DNA of 64,000 bases from Verrucomicrobiota bacterium (GTDB lineage: Bacteria > Verrucomicrobiota > Verrucomicrobiia > Limisphaerales > UBA9464), in contig JBBRQL010000001.1 in the NCBI GenBank assembly GCA_038226425.1, forward strand, positions 495-64,494. The letters are read 5' to 3'. This document shows, piece by piece, positions 55,883-64,000 of the stretch (position 1 is its first letter; each line of letters begins with the position of its first letter). The notes beneath the pieces were generated by a model. It was not told where the DNA came from, did not search any database, and worked only from the letters and a program-made list of their open reading frames with translations. The position numbers were made by a program, and so were the translations under genes.

Positions 55883-57033
55883 CGGTGCCGACGACGCGAC
55901 CGCATCCGCCTGACGACGACCCGCGACGCATCGTCGTCCGCGGCGTGAACTGGCTCGGCGACGCGGTGATGACCACGCCGGCGCTGCACCGCCTGCGCGG
56001 GCGGTTTCCGGACGCCGAGATCGTGCTGCTCACGCACGACAAGCTCGCCGGGCTCTGGCCGGGCCATCCGTCCGTCGACCGCGTGCTGACCTTTGGCAGG
56101 CAGGAAGGCGTGTGGTCGGTCGCGCGTCGGTTGCGCGCCGAACGGGCCGGCCTCGCGCTGTTGCTGCCGAACTCGCCGCGGTCCGGTTTGGAGGCGTGGC
56201 TCGCGCGCATCCCGCGCCGCGTCGGCGGGACATGGCGGTGGCGCGACCGGATGCTGACCGATGTCGTCCCGGCCGCCCCGGGCATCGTGGTGATGCGGAA
56301 GCGCAGCGAGGCCGAGATCGCCCGGCTCGTAGTAGGATCCGCCGAAGCCGCCTCGCCACCACCGTCGTCGTCGCACCAGATCCATCACTATCTGCGCCTC
56401 GTCGGGTCTCTCGGCGGCGACGTCGCGCCGGTCGCGCCGCATCTCCATGTGACATCGGCTGAACTGGGCACGATGCGCGCGAAGTTCGGTCTGGATCCGG
56501 ACACGAGGTGGATCGGCCTCAACGCGGGCGCGGAATACGGTCCGGCGAAACGTTGGCCGAAGGAGCGCTTCATCATCGCCGCGCGGCAGGCGCACGAGCG
56601 GCTCGGCTGCGGCTTCGCGGTCTTCGGCGGCAAAGCCGACACGGCGCTCGCCGACGAGATCGCCGTCGGGCTCGGAACCCTCGGCGTCCCCCGTTCTGCG
56701 CTCCGCGTCCTGGCGGGCCGGACCTCGTTGCGCGAGCTGTGCGCCGCGCTCGCCGCGTGCCGCGTCGTGCTCACCAACGACACCGGTCCGATGCACGTCG
56801 CCGCCGCGGTGGGGACACCGGTGGTCGTGCCGTTCGGCAGCACCTCGCCCGAGCTCACCGGCCCCGGCATCCCCGGCGACCCGCGGCATCTTCTGCTGCG
56901 GTCCGGGGCGCCATGCGCACCGTGCTTCTTGCGCGAGTGCCCGATCGACCTCCGTTGCATGACCGGGATCACGACGGAACGCGTGGTCGACGCCGTCGTG
57001 CGCGCCGTTCAGGGCGCAGGCACGATGCGGTAG
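55879..57033 (+). CDS. waaF: ADP-heptose:LPS heptosyltransferase II (GT9)
   Basis: VNWLGDAVMTTPAL. IGLNAGAEYGPAKRWP matches the E. coli WaaF GAEFGPAKRWP as I recall it. VLTNDTGPMHVAAAVGTPVV is also present. The start overlaps the previous stop (ATGA). Confidence 0.88.
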   Translation: MTVPTTRPHPPDDDPRRIVVRGVNWLGDAVMTTPALHRLRGRFPDAEIVLLTHDKLAGLWPGHPSVDRVLTFGRQEGVWSVARRLRAERAGLALLLPNSPRSGLEAWLARIPRRVGGTWRWRDRMLTDVVPAAPGIVVMRKRSEAEIARLVVGSAEAASPPPSSSHQIHHYLRLVGSLGGDVAPVAPHLHVTSAELGTMRAKFGLDPDTRWIGLNAGAEYGPAKRWPKERFIIAARQAHERLGCGFAVFGGKADTALADEIAVGLGTLGVPRSALRVLAGRTSLRELCAALAACRVVLTNDTGPMHVAAAVGTPVVVPFGSTSPELTGPGIPGDPRHLLLRSGAPCAPCFLRECPIDLRCMTGITTERVVDAVVRAVQGAGTMR

Positions 57034-60000
57034 TAACCTTCGCCCGCCAGTGGCAACGCGACGTCGACGAACCCTTCGGGCCCGACGGTGATCGTCTGCA
57101 CGGTCTGCCAACCGTCGGCCAACGTCGCGTTGGACTGGAGCAGGAACGCGCGGCCTGTCGGCGCGGCGAAGCGTGTCCGCGGCCCGTCCAGGTCACCGAG
57201 CTGGACCGCGATCCGCATCACGTCGGCCGCGTCACGAGGATCGGTGTGGTTCAGGAACTCCTGCCGGTTGCTCAGACCGTCGCCGTCCGGATCGGCATCG
57301 CCGCCGTCGTTCCCGGTCGCGCGCCGTGGGTCGAGGCCGTTGGCGGATTCCCACGCATCGGGCAGGCCGTCGAAATCGGAGTCGTCGGCTCCCGGCGTCG
57401 GCCACGCGCTCGTCCATGCTCCGGGCAGGGCGCCGAGAAGATCACGCGCGCTCCGGACCAAAGAACGACCGGTCCCGGAAGTGTCGGTCGGCCACGGTGC
57501 GAAGGCGGAGTAGCCGACCTCTTCCACGAGGACGTAAGGCGTGTTCCCGAGGTCGGGCACGCCGGGTTTCAGCAGGCGGAGGTCTTCCCCGTCGTTCTTC
57601 AGCGCGCCGTGCCACGGACCGGCCACGACGGCATCCGCGGGGAGCCCGTAGCGGGCGCGGAAGCGGCCGAGCGCCGCGATGTCGTCGCGCGGATCGAACG
57701 CCACCAGCACCACGTGCCCGCCGGACGGCACCACGATCTTCGCCGGGAGATCCAGGTCGATCCCGCCGCGCACGCGCCAGGTGTCCTGCGGTCGCGCCGG
57801 ATCGCCGAGCAGCAGCGGGACCGGCCCGATGTTCCGCAGGTCGATGAACTCGCCGGTGGTGTCGTCGGCGCCCGCGGCGGTCGGCGGCGGCCGGAAGTGG
57901 ATCTCGTCGAACACCAACGGGCCGACGATCGGCGAGGAGTCCGGACGTCCGGGCGTCGCCGAGACGCGGGCGAGGAAGCGTTCGTCATCCGGCCCGAGCA
58001 CCTCGCGGCCGAAGCTCACACCGTTGTCCGAGGCACCGAACTCCGTGCCGTGGTGCCAGCCGGTGAGGTCGCCTTCCGCGCTCGCCGAGAAGACCCAGAT
58101 CGCGCCGCCGGTGCGGGGCAACGCGAACGACGCGCCGAGCTGTTCTTTGCGCAGCGCGATGGCGCCGCCGGCCGGGATCTTCGTGCCAGAGGGCACGCGC
58201 CAACGCTTGGGTTGGCGGAGGTCGTCGCTCAACCACCAGCCGCCGATGTCCGCAGGGGCCGCGGAAGGATTCGAGAGTTCGACGAAATCGCTGTCGCCGG
58301 CGCGCGGGTTGGCGAGCAGTTCGCCGATGCGGACGGCGGGCACGACCGCGGCCGAGGGATCGGCGAGACCGGGGGATCCGCCCGGAGCCGCGCTGAGACG
58401 CCACGCAGCGCCCGGTGTCCCGGACGACGCGACGAGCGAGAAGCCGGCCCCGTCCGCCAGCGGATCGCGGGAAGGATGGTAGGTGAAGTCCACCCACGTC
58501 TCGCCGACCGGGCCGAGCATCGTGAGGCGTTCCCCGTCGCCGGCGAGGTCGCCGGCGTACGTGCCTGCGACCCCGGTCACGCCGGGATAGCGGCTGGCGA
58601 ACGCCGCGGCATCGCGGACCAGCAGCACGTGGCCGCCGGGCGCGATCTGGGTGCTGGCGCCTCCCGGCTCGAAGACGAACTGCACGCCATGGACGAACCG
58701 GCTCCCGACGAGGTCGACGACGCGGTCGGAGACGTTCTCGAGCTCGATGAACTCGAAGCTTCCCGAGGGATACGGGCTACCGGCGGGAGGCGGGGCAGGA
58801 TGATACATCAGCTCGCTCACCACGATCGGCGAAGGCCGGAGCGTGAAACTCGCGGAGACGGCCCGCGACCACGGCGAGCTCATGCGCGGCCCGCCGCTCG
58901 CGACCTGGCGCTTGGTCCCGTCGAACGACCGGACGGTCAGCCGCGTGTCGGCACCGATCGTGACCGGGCCGGCATAGAGCTTGGCGGATGGGCTCGGGAC
59001 GTTCGTGAGACCCGCGCGTCGCGGATCGCTGCCGTCGAGCGTGTAGTAGAGCTGCGCGCCGGCGGGCCCGTTGAGCACGACTGTCGAACCGGCCGCGACC
59101 ACGCCGCCGGCCGGTAAGACCGCGGGCGGTTGGGCGAGCTGGCGGTCGATGAAGTCCACGCGGTTCGAGAGCCAGTTCTTCATCCGGACGACCTCGGCCT
59201 GGTAGGTGCCGCCGCGGGGACGGTTCTCCGGCCAACGTTTCCCTTCTCGGACCTCGGCCGGCCGCACCTCGTCGGCGAAGCGGTCCACGAGCGCGAGCAG
59301 GTTGGCGGTCGAGAACGGCCCGCCGGCGCGCAGCTCCTGGTAGCGGTCGAGATAGAGCTGGTAGAAATCGGGGTCCTGGAAGAGACGTCCCCACCAGGTG
59401 TAGGTGAAGAAGAAGTCCGAACCGCCGCCGCCCCATGCGCGCGGGTTCGCGTCGCGCCCATCGGTCGAGCCGAGGGTCCGGTCGAAATCCCAGATCGGCC
59501 CGAAGGTGATCTTGCCCTCGCGCGGCTTGTGGAGATACGTGCTGAGTCGGAGGCAATCCGGGTTCGCGGAAAGGACGTTGAGCAGGTGGTGGTCGACCCA
59601 GGAGCTGGTGTCGATGTACGCGGCGTAGCCGGTCAGCGGGTTGCGCCAGTTCGCGCCGGTGAGCGCGCGGTTGAAGGCGAGGAAATAGTTCCGGATGTAC
59701 TGCTCCTGCGGGTCGCGCTGCGCGGTCTCGATCGCCGGCTCCTTGGGGTCGACGTACGCGAGCGTGTCCCCTCCGGTGCTGAAGCCGCTGTCGCCGGGGT
59801 CGAGCCGGTCCACCTTCAGCAAGTATCCGCCGGTGACCTCCGGTGCGGTGCGGTTCTCCGGCTGGAGCTTGTCGATGTCGACGCGGTGCTTGCCGATGCC
59901 GATCTTCTCCTCCAGCACGTAGGTGCCGAACCACTGCGCCGAGGTGAGCGTGCCGCCGCGGTTCAGGTACACCTCCACGAAACGCGTCCGCGGCGCGTAG

Positions 60001-61955
60001 CGGCCGACCTGGCGGCTCAGCTCGTACATGAAGGGGTTGTGGATCTGGACGAGGTCGAAGTTGTTCGGCGCGTAGAGCACCCATTCGGATTCCGCCGGCA
60101 TGCCGAGCACGCCCTTGTCCACGTCCTGGTCGAACTCGTCCCACCACTCCACCGCCCAGCTCGCCTTGGTGATGCCCGCGGTGCTCGAACCGCGCACCTT
60201 CGCGCCGCCGCGCGTGGCGAACGTGGGCGGGCGCGCGAGCGACGTCAGGCCATCCACCGGTTCGAAAAGCTCGAACGTCACCGGCGTGTTGATGGATTGC
60301 GAGATCTGCTTGCCGAAGGTCGAGATCACCAGCACCGGCAATGCCGAGGTGAACGTCGGTGTCTGGAACGGGCTCTCGCTCAGCCTCAGATAGGTCTCGC
60401 TGCGGGGCGGCCCGGGCAGCAGCCCTGGGGCGAAGGAGCGCGCTCGGACCTGGATGGTGGCATCCAGATGGAGCGGGCCTTCGTACAAAGGCGACGACGC
60501 GTTGGGCAGCGTGCCATCGAGCGTGTAGCGGACCGATGTCCCCGCGCCTTCCGCGGAAAGCCGCACCGTCGCCAGCGTGGTGTACGGTCCGGAGGTCCGC
60601 GAGAAGGCGACCGCGGACGCGAAGCCCTGGCCGGAGGCGCTGTTCGGAGCACCCGGCGTCGGCGTGGTGAAGAAGCCGGTGCGGTCCTCCGACCCGGGCA
60701 CGCGGCCGTAGCTCACGTCGCGCGTCTGCGACGGATAGCTGGGACCGAAGTCCGACACGACCTGTCCGTCCGGCGCCACGAGGGCGAGGTAGCCGCCCTT
60801 GGCGGAGAGCTTGAAGTTGGTGTGCAGCCTGCCGGCGATGTTCGTCTTGTCCTTCTGCGAGGCGAAGACGACCAGGCGCGCAGCCGACGCCAGCGCGACG
60901 TCGGGGAAGCGCCACTTGCCGGGCACCTTCGCGTCGTCGGTCAGGGACCAGCCGAGCAGCTTCACCGTCGAGGCACCGCCGTTGTGGACCTCGATCCAGT
61001 CCGATCTGTCCTTGTCCTCGTCGACCAGGGTCTTGTCGTCGTCGGCCATGAACTCGGAGATCGTCACCGCCGCGCGCGATGCCTTCGGGTCGAGCGTGAT
61101 CCGCCACGCATCCCCGGCGAAGGCGTTGGCCCGGCCCGTGTCGTCGGTGATGCCGTGGCCGTCCCGCCAGGCGAAGGTCACCGGTCCCGGCGACGGTTGC
61201 GCGAAGCGGAACAAAAAATGGTCGGGCGCGACGGTCTCCATCGCGGTGGCCGGGACGCCGTTCACCAAGAAGTCCGCGGCCTCGATCCCCACGACGGGCT
61301 CGCTGAAGACCACCTCGGCGGTGTCGATGGCATCGATGGTCGCGCGGGCCACCGGCAAGCGAGACACGACGACCGGTGGTTCCAGGTCGCGCTCGGCGAC
61401 GAGCGTCGCGGCGAAGGCGAAGTCGTCGCTGGCCAGCGACGCGTTGGACGCCAGCACCGCCAGCACGTTGGCGCCGTCGACCAGGACGGTCCAAGGGCGC
61501 GCGACCGGAAAATCCTCCGCGGTCGGCGGTTCGTCGAGCGGGCTGCTCGCGAGGGAAGCGTGGTCCGGCTCGCCGTCGGGCATGTTGTGGCGCGCGACCT
61601 CGCGGCCGTTGATCCAGGCCACGAAACCGTCGTCCGCCAGAGCGCGCAGCGTGAGCTTGCCGATGTCCGCGACGGAGCCGGCCGCGAACGTCCGCCGCAG
61701 GTACACGGTCGGATAGCCGCCGCGCATGTCCTTGAGCTCCGTGCCCGCGAGCGGCAACCCGTAGAAGAACGGCGCCGGGCCGGCGCTCCACGTGGAATCG
61801 TCGAAGCCCGGCGAGCGCCAATCCGCCGGCGCGTCGGCGCGGCCCGGGAGCCGCCTCCAATCGCCGGACGGCCCGAGGATCTCCTCGGCCCGCGCGCCGG
61901 TCCCGGTGAGGAGCAGCGCAGCGGAGAGGCACAAGAGGAGAAGGCGATGGTGCAT
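57009..61955 (-). CDS. giant secreted CotH-kinase-family protein with multiple lamin-tail (LTD) domains, chitobiase-C/Fn3-associated-like domains, TSP3-like Asp repeats and the shared C-terminal module
   Basis: Start ATG 61955 (MHHRLLLLCLSAALLLTGTGARA). LTD ISEFMADDDKTLVDEDKDRSDWIEVHN...LLGWSLTDD. CotH core WVLYAPNNFDLVQIHNPFMYELSRQVGRY...YVLEEKIGIGKHRVDI...GGYLLKVDR...FGPIWDFDRTLG. DSDFDGLPDAWE...DADPDGDGLSNRQEF. The C-terminus is ...GEGYYRIVPAP. The 3' end overlaps the waaF 3' end by 25 bp. Confidence 0.88.
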   Translation of the reverse strand: MHHRLLLLCLSAALLLTGTGARAEEILGPSGDWRRLPGRADAPADWRSPGFDDSTWSAGPAPFFYGLPLAGTELKDMRGGYPTVYLRRTFAAGSVADIGKLTLRALADDGFVAWINGREVARHNMPDGEPDHASLASSPLDEPPTAEDFPVARPWTVLVDGANVLAVLASNASLASDDFAFAATLVAERDLEPPVVVSRLPVARATIDAIDTAEVVFSEPVVGIEAADFLVNGVPATAMETVAPDHFLFRFAQPSPGPVTFAWRDGHGITDDTGRANAFAGDAWRITLDPKASRAAVTISEFMADDDKTLVDEDKDRSDWIEVHNGGASTVKLLGWSLTDDAKVPGKWRFPDVALASAARLVVFASQKDKTNIAGRLHTNFKLSAKGGYLALVAPDGQVVSDFGPSYPSQTRDVSYGRVPGSEDRTGFFTTPTPGAPNSASGQGFASAVAFSRTSGPYTTLATVRLSAEGAGTSVRYTLDGTLPNASSPLYEGPLHLDATIQVRARSFAPGLLPGPPRSETYLRLSESPFQTPTFTSALPVLVISTFGKQISQSINTPVTFELFEPVDGLTSLARPPTFATRGGAKVRGSSTAGITKASWAVEWWDEFDQDVDKGVLGMPAESEWVLYAPNNFDLVQIHNPFMYELSRQVGRYAPRTRFVEVYLNRGGTLTSAQWFGTYVLEEKIGIGKHRVDIDKLQPENRTAPEVTGGYLLKVDRLDPGDSGFSTGGDTLAYVDPKEPAIETAQRDPQEQYIRNYFLAFNRALTGANWRNPLTGYAAYIDTSSWVDHHLLNVLSANPDCLRLSTYLHKPREGKITFGPIWDFDRTLGSTDGRDANPRAWGGGGSDFFFTYTWWGRLFQDPDFYQLYLDRYQELRAGGPFSTANLLALVDRFADEVRPAEVREGKRWPENRPRGGTYQAEVVRMKNWLSNRVDFIDRQLAQPPAVLPAGGVVAAGSTVVLNGPAGAQLYYTLDGSDPRRAGLTNVPSPSAKLYAGPVTIGADTRLTVRSFDGTKRQVASGGPRMSSPWSRAVSASFTLRPSPIVVSELMYHPAPPPAGSPYPSGSFEFIELENVSDRVVDLVGSRFVHGVQFVFEPGGASTQIAPGGHVLLVRDAAAFASRYPGVTGVAGTYAGDLAGDGERLTMLGPVGETWVDFTYHPSRDPLADGAGFSLVASSGTPGAAWRLSAAPGGSPGLADPSAAVVPAVRIGELLANPRAGDSDFVELSNPSAAPADIGGWWLSDDLRQPKRWRVPSGTKIPAGGAIALRKEQLGASFALPRTGGAIWVFSASAEGDLTGWHHGTEFGASDNGVSFGREVLGPDDERFLARVSATPGRPDSSPIVGPLVFDEIHFRPPPTAAGADDTTGEFIDLRNIGPVPLLLGDPARPQDTWRVRGGIDLDLPAKIVVPSGGHVVLVAFDPRDDIAALGRFRARYGLPADAVVAGPWHGALKNDGEDLRLLKPGVPDLGNTPYVLVEEVGYSAFAPWPTDTSGTGRSLVRSARDLLGALPGAWTSAWPTPGADDSDFDGLPDAWESANGLDPRRATGNDGGDADPDGDGLSNRQEFLNHTDPRDAADVMRIAVQLGDLDGPRTRFAAPTGRAFLLQSNATLADGWQTVQTITVGPEGFVDVALPLAGEGYYRIVPAP

Positions 61956-62113
61956 GACGGCTTCCCTCGACCCTAGCCGGCCACGCGGCAAATAGCTATC
62001 TGTCGCATCGGGCCGGGTGCGGTCCGAAGGGGCGGTCAGTTGAGGTGAGAAAGCGGGTGCGGGAACGGGGGATGCAGCGGTGAAGCCGGTCGCGGACCTC
62101 CTTGGTGTCGCGT

Positions 62114-62195
62114 GGTAGGGCGAAGCTCCTGCTGAGCCCCTGCGAGTTCACGGGCCGCCCTTTGCTCAGCGGCTCGGCAGGAGCCTCGCCCTACC
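62114..62195. repeat. 82-bp imperfect palindromic (REP-like) element in the divergent intergenic region
   Basis: The left arm ggtagggcgaagctcctgctgagc pairs with the right arm gctcagc[ggctcg]gcaggagcctcgccctacc. The right arm has a 6-nt bulge and one mismatch, and the central spacer is 26 nt. Confidence 0.6.
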
Positions 62196-62342
62196 GCCGG
62201 TCTCGTTCCTCCTCGCTCCCAACCCACTGCCATGCCTCTCCTTCACTGCTTCCTGACCGCCACTTCGGATCGCCCGTCTGCATGGATGCCGGCTTGCGGC
62301 CGGTATCGGGTGCATCCTAGAGTCCCTAAGTAATCCCAAGAT

Positions 62343-63017
62343 ATGCGTTTGCTGTTGATCGACGACGACTTGCTGCTGCTGGGTTTCCTCGCCAAGGAGC
62401 TTCGCGCGAACGGCCATGCGGTGGATACCGCCGGGTCCGGCGCGGAGGGGTTGTCGAAGGCCCTGGACTGCGGCTACGACGCCATCGTACTGGACGTCGT
62501 CATGCCCGGGATGGACGGCTGGCAGGTGTTGGCAGCGGTGCGCCGGGCCAAGAAGACGCCGGTGCTGATGCTGACATGCCGCAATTCGGTCGCGGACAAG
62601 GTGACCGGCCTGGACGGCGGCGCGGACGACCATCTCGCGAAGCCGTTCGAGCTCCCGGAACTGCTGGCACGGATCCGGGCGGTGACGCGTCGTTCGACCC
62701 GGCACACCCGGTCGTTCGTCGAGGCCGGCGACATCCGGATCGATCTGGCCGCGCGGACCGTCACCCGAGGGGGCGAGCGCGTCGCGCTCAGCCAGCGCGA
62801 GTACGCGATCATCGAGCATCTGTCCTTGCACCTTGGCGATATCGTGACCCGCAGCGCCCTCTACGAAGGCGTCTTCGACGAGAACGACGATTCCCTCTCG
62901 AACGTCATCGACGTCCACGTGGCCAAGCTCCGCAAGAAGCTGGGTCGGGACCTCATCGTGACCCACCACGGGCGCGGATATTCCATGGAGATCGGGACCG
63001 GTGCCGCGAGGTCTTGA
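62343..63017 (+). CDS. OmpR/PhoB-family two-component response regulator
   Basis: Receiver domain LLIDDD...DAIVLDVMMPGMDG...LTCR...GADDHLAKPF. Winged-helix domain LSQREYAIIEHL...VDVHVAKLRKKL...HHGRGYSM. Confidence 0.92.
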   Translation: MRLLLIDDDLLLLGFLAKELRANGHAVDTAGSGAEGLSKALDCGYDAIVLDVVMPGMDGWQVLAAVRRAKKTPVLMLTCRNSVADKVTGLDGGADDHLAKPFELPELLARIRAVTRRSTRHTRSFVEAGDIRIDLAARTVTRGGERVALSQREYAIIEHLSLHLGDIVTRSALYEGVFDENDDSLSNVIDVHVAKLRKKLGRDLIVTHHGRGYSMEIGTGAARS

Positions 63018-63027
63018 AGAAGGAACT

Positions 63028-63295
63028 ATCTGGAAAACAGGAAAGCAGGAACGGAGGCGACCCACTGCCGGGACGATGCAACGGGTTCTGGGTGGAACGG
63101 CCAACCTGGCCGTTCTCGGCGGCAACTTGCCGCCGAGCTTCGGCACGAGGACGCACCCACCGGAGGGTGCGTGCCCGGCGCATCCGACGCGGCGAGCTGG
63201 TAGCCCGCCCCAACGGGCCGATGGCCCGTTCCACCCAGCCTTTGACTGCATCGTGCCGGAACAGGTGGCCCTTCCTGTTTTCCTGCTTTCCAGAT
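63028..63295. repeat. roughly 270-bp nested palindromic element (MITE-like or structured RNA) immediately downstream of the response regulator
   Basis: Outer arms atctggaaaacaggaaagcaggaa (63028-63051) / ttcctgttttcctgctttccagat (63272-63295) match 22/24. Next pair ccgggacgatgca (63068-80) / tgcatcgtgccgg (63247-59) match 12/13. Next pair ctgggtggaacgg (63088-100) / ccgttccacccag (63226-38) match 13/13. The interior has local hairpins: acggcca-acc-tggccgt, ctcggcggcaa-c-ttgccgccgag, acgcaccc-accgga-gggtgcgt and acgggcc-gat-ggcccgt. Confidence 0.7.
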
Positions 63296-63466
63296 TCCAA
63301 GCAGGACAAAACCGCCGCCTCACCGCCGCGAACGCTTTCCCGGCCTGACCGAGGGCCTCACCGCCTGTCTCCGCAACCTTCTCCTCCTGAACCACCTCCC
63401 CCAACTTCACCATTGCCGGCCAACTACGTTGCTCCACGACGCTTTCGCGCAGAAGGGATGCGCGGC

Positions 63467-63496
63467 AACGAAAACAGCCCGGCGCTCAGGCCGGGC
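63467..63496 (-). terminator. putative rho-independent terminator of the PEP-CTERM gene
   Basis: Read on the minus strand: gcccggc-ctgagc-gccgggc (7-bp stem, 63477-63496) followed by tgttttcgtt. It lies about 25 nt after the stop at 63521. Confidence 0.5.
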
Positions 63497-63520
63497 GGTC
63501 GAGGGAAGACTGGGCGAGGC

Positions 63521-64000
63521 TCAGGCGCGGGCGGCGCGGCGACGCCAGAGGGCGAAGCCGACGAGGCCCAGACCCGCGACGGCCGCGTATTCGGAAGGCT
63601 CGGGGACGGCGGATACGCTCACCGTCACGTTGTCGAGCCCCCAGGACTCGTCGGTGAGCCCTTGATTTAGGGTACCCAGAAACACCGCGTTGAACGAGGT
63701 GTCGCTGTGCGGCAACGTGAAAGAGAAGTGATAGACAGTGTCGATGATAGGAATCGCGTTAAATGAGTAGCCGAGCGTGTCGCTCTCGGCAGCTCCCGTT
63801 CGCGGGGCGTGAGTAAGCCCGGAGGCCAAGGAATCCGGATAGGCTTGAAGCTGACTGGTGTGGTTCGAAAAGGTCGTGTTCAACACCTCGCTTTGGGTCA
63901 CACCGTTCCCCAGCGACACTCGGAAACGGTCCTCGTCACCGGGGCCAACGCCGTTTCCGTCCCATGTCCGGATTGCAAACAGGTCGAACGCGAATGTCAC
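63521..64000 (-). CDS. PEP-CTERM sorting-domain protein (C-terminal part; 5' end outside window)
   Basis: The C-terminus VPEPSEYAAVAGLGLVGFALWRRRAARA has the PEP motif, a TM helix and a basic tail. The apparent GTG start at the window edge is probably an artefact of truncation. Confidence 0.8.
   Translation of the reverse strand: MTFAFDLFAIRTWDGNGVGPGDEDRFRVSLGNGVTQSEVLNTTFSNHTSQLQAYPDSLASGLTHAPRTGAAESDTLGYSFNAIPIIDTVYHFSFTLPHSDTSFNAVFLGTLNQGLTDESWGLDNVTVSVSAVPEPSEYAAVAGLGLVGFALWRRRAARA

Noticed and set aside
56508-61976. Plus-strand ORFs 56508..59117 (869 aa) and 59130..61976 (948 aa), and the alternate minus frame 58777..61932 (1051 aa)
   Set aside because: They overlap the 1648-aa CotH/LTD gene, whose frame carries many recognisable domains. 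The alternatives are Arg-rich nonsense.
63028-63295. Assignment of the 270-bp structure to a specific RNA class (6S RNA, tRNA-like, riboswitch)
   Set aside because: A long closing stem with internal loops superficially resembles 6S RNA. However, the pairing is too perfect and there is mirror symmetry at the DNA level. No conserved class-specific motifs were recognised. This cannot be decided without a covariance-model search.

Overview
This is a high-GC bacterial chromosomal segment. Hand-counted 60-nt lines give about 63-80% GC in housekeeping parts. The gene content looks like Verrucomicrobiota, possibly Opitutae-like. Supporting markers are an Amuc_1100-type pilus-like locus, an H-X9-DG prepilin-type protein, a PEP-CTERM protein and a PVC-type dehydrogenase/HEAT protein. 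All product names come from motif recognition by eye; no searches were run.

I support about 45 CDS:
- a 5' edge-truncated gene that is missing from the ORF track
- korAB (2-oxoglutarate:ferredoxin oxidoreductase)
- a DAACS symporter
- recG
- a pilMN-fusion / Amuc_1100-like / Amuc_1099-like / secretin locus, followed by four large secreted proteins
- coaE, pyrE, deaD and nth
- an LPS core/lipid A block (hldA, gmhB, three GT4, a WecA-like gene, lpxK, an LpxL-like gene, waaF)
- a 1648-aa CotH/lamin-tail protein
- an orphan OmpR-type regulator
- a partial PEP-CTERM protein

Many long ORFs in the track are antisense or alternate-frame shadows typical of high-GC DNA. Several real genes start well inside the listed ORFs.

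Main second-look items:
1. The recG reading frame passes without a stop through an 871-bp REPIN-RAYT-REPIN unit. This unit is an HUH/Y1 transposase domain between two 121-bp direct repeats whose starts are exactly 750 bp apart. recG also carries a second in-frame palindromic insertion.
2. Four tightly spaced secreted giants lie directly downstream of the secretin: a 7-blade propeller, a Gly-rich protein, a 961-aa repeat protein and an S8 protease. Part of this stretch has lower GC. Three of the four, plus the distant CotH giant, share a C-terminal module of about 60 aa that ends in FYRV-like xxP.
3. Several nested palindromic intergenic elements are present. The largest is about 270 bp and starts 11 nt after the regulator's stop codon.

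No rRNA, tRNA or CRISPR array was seen.
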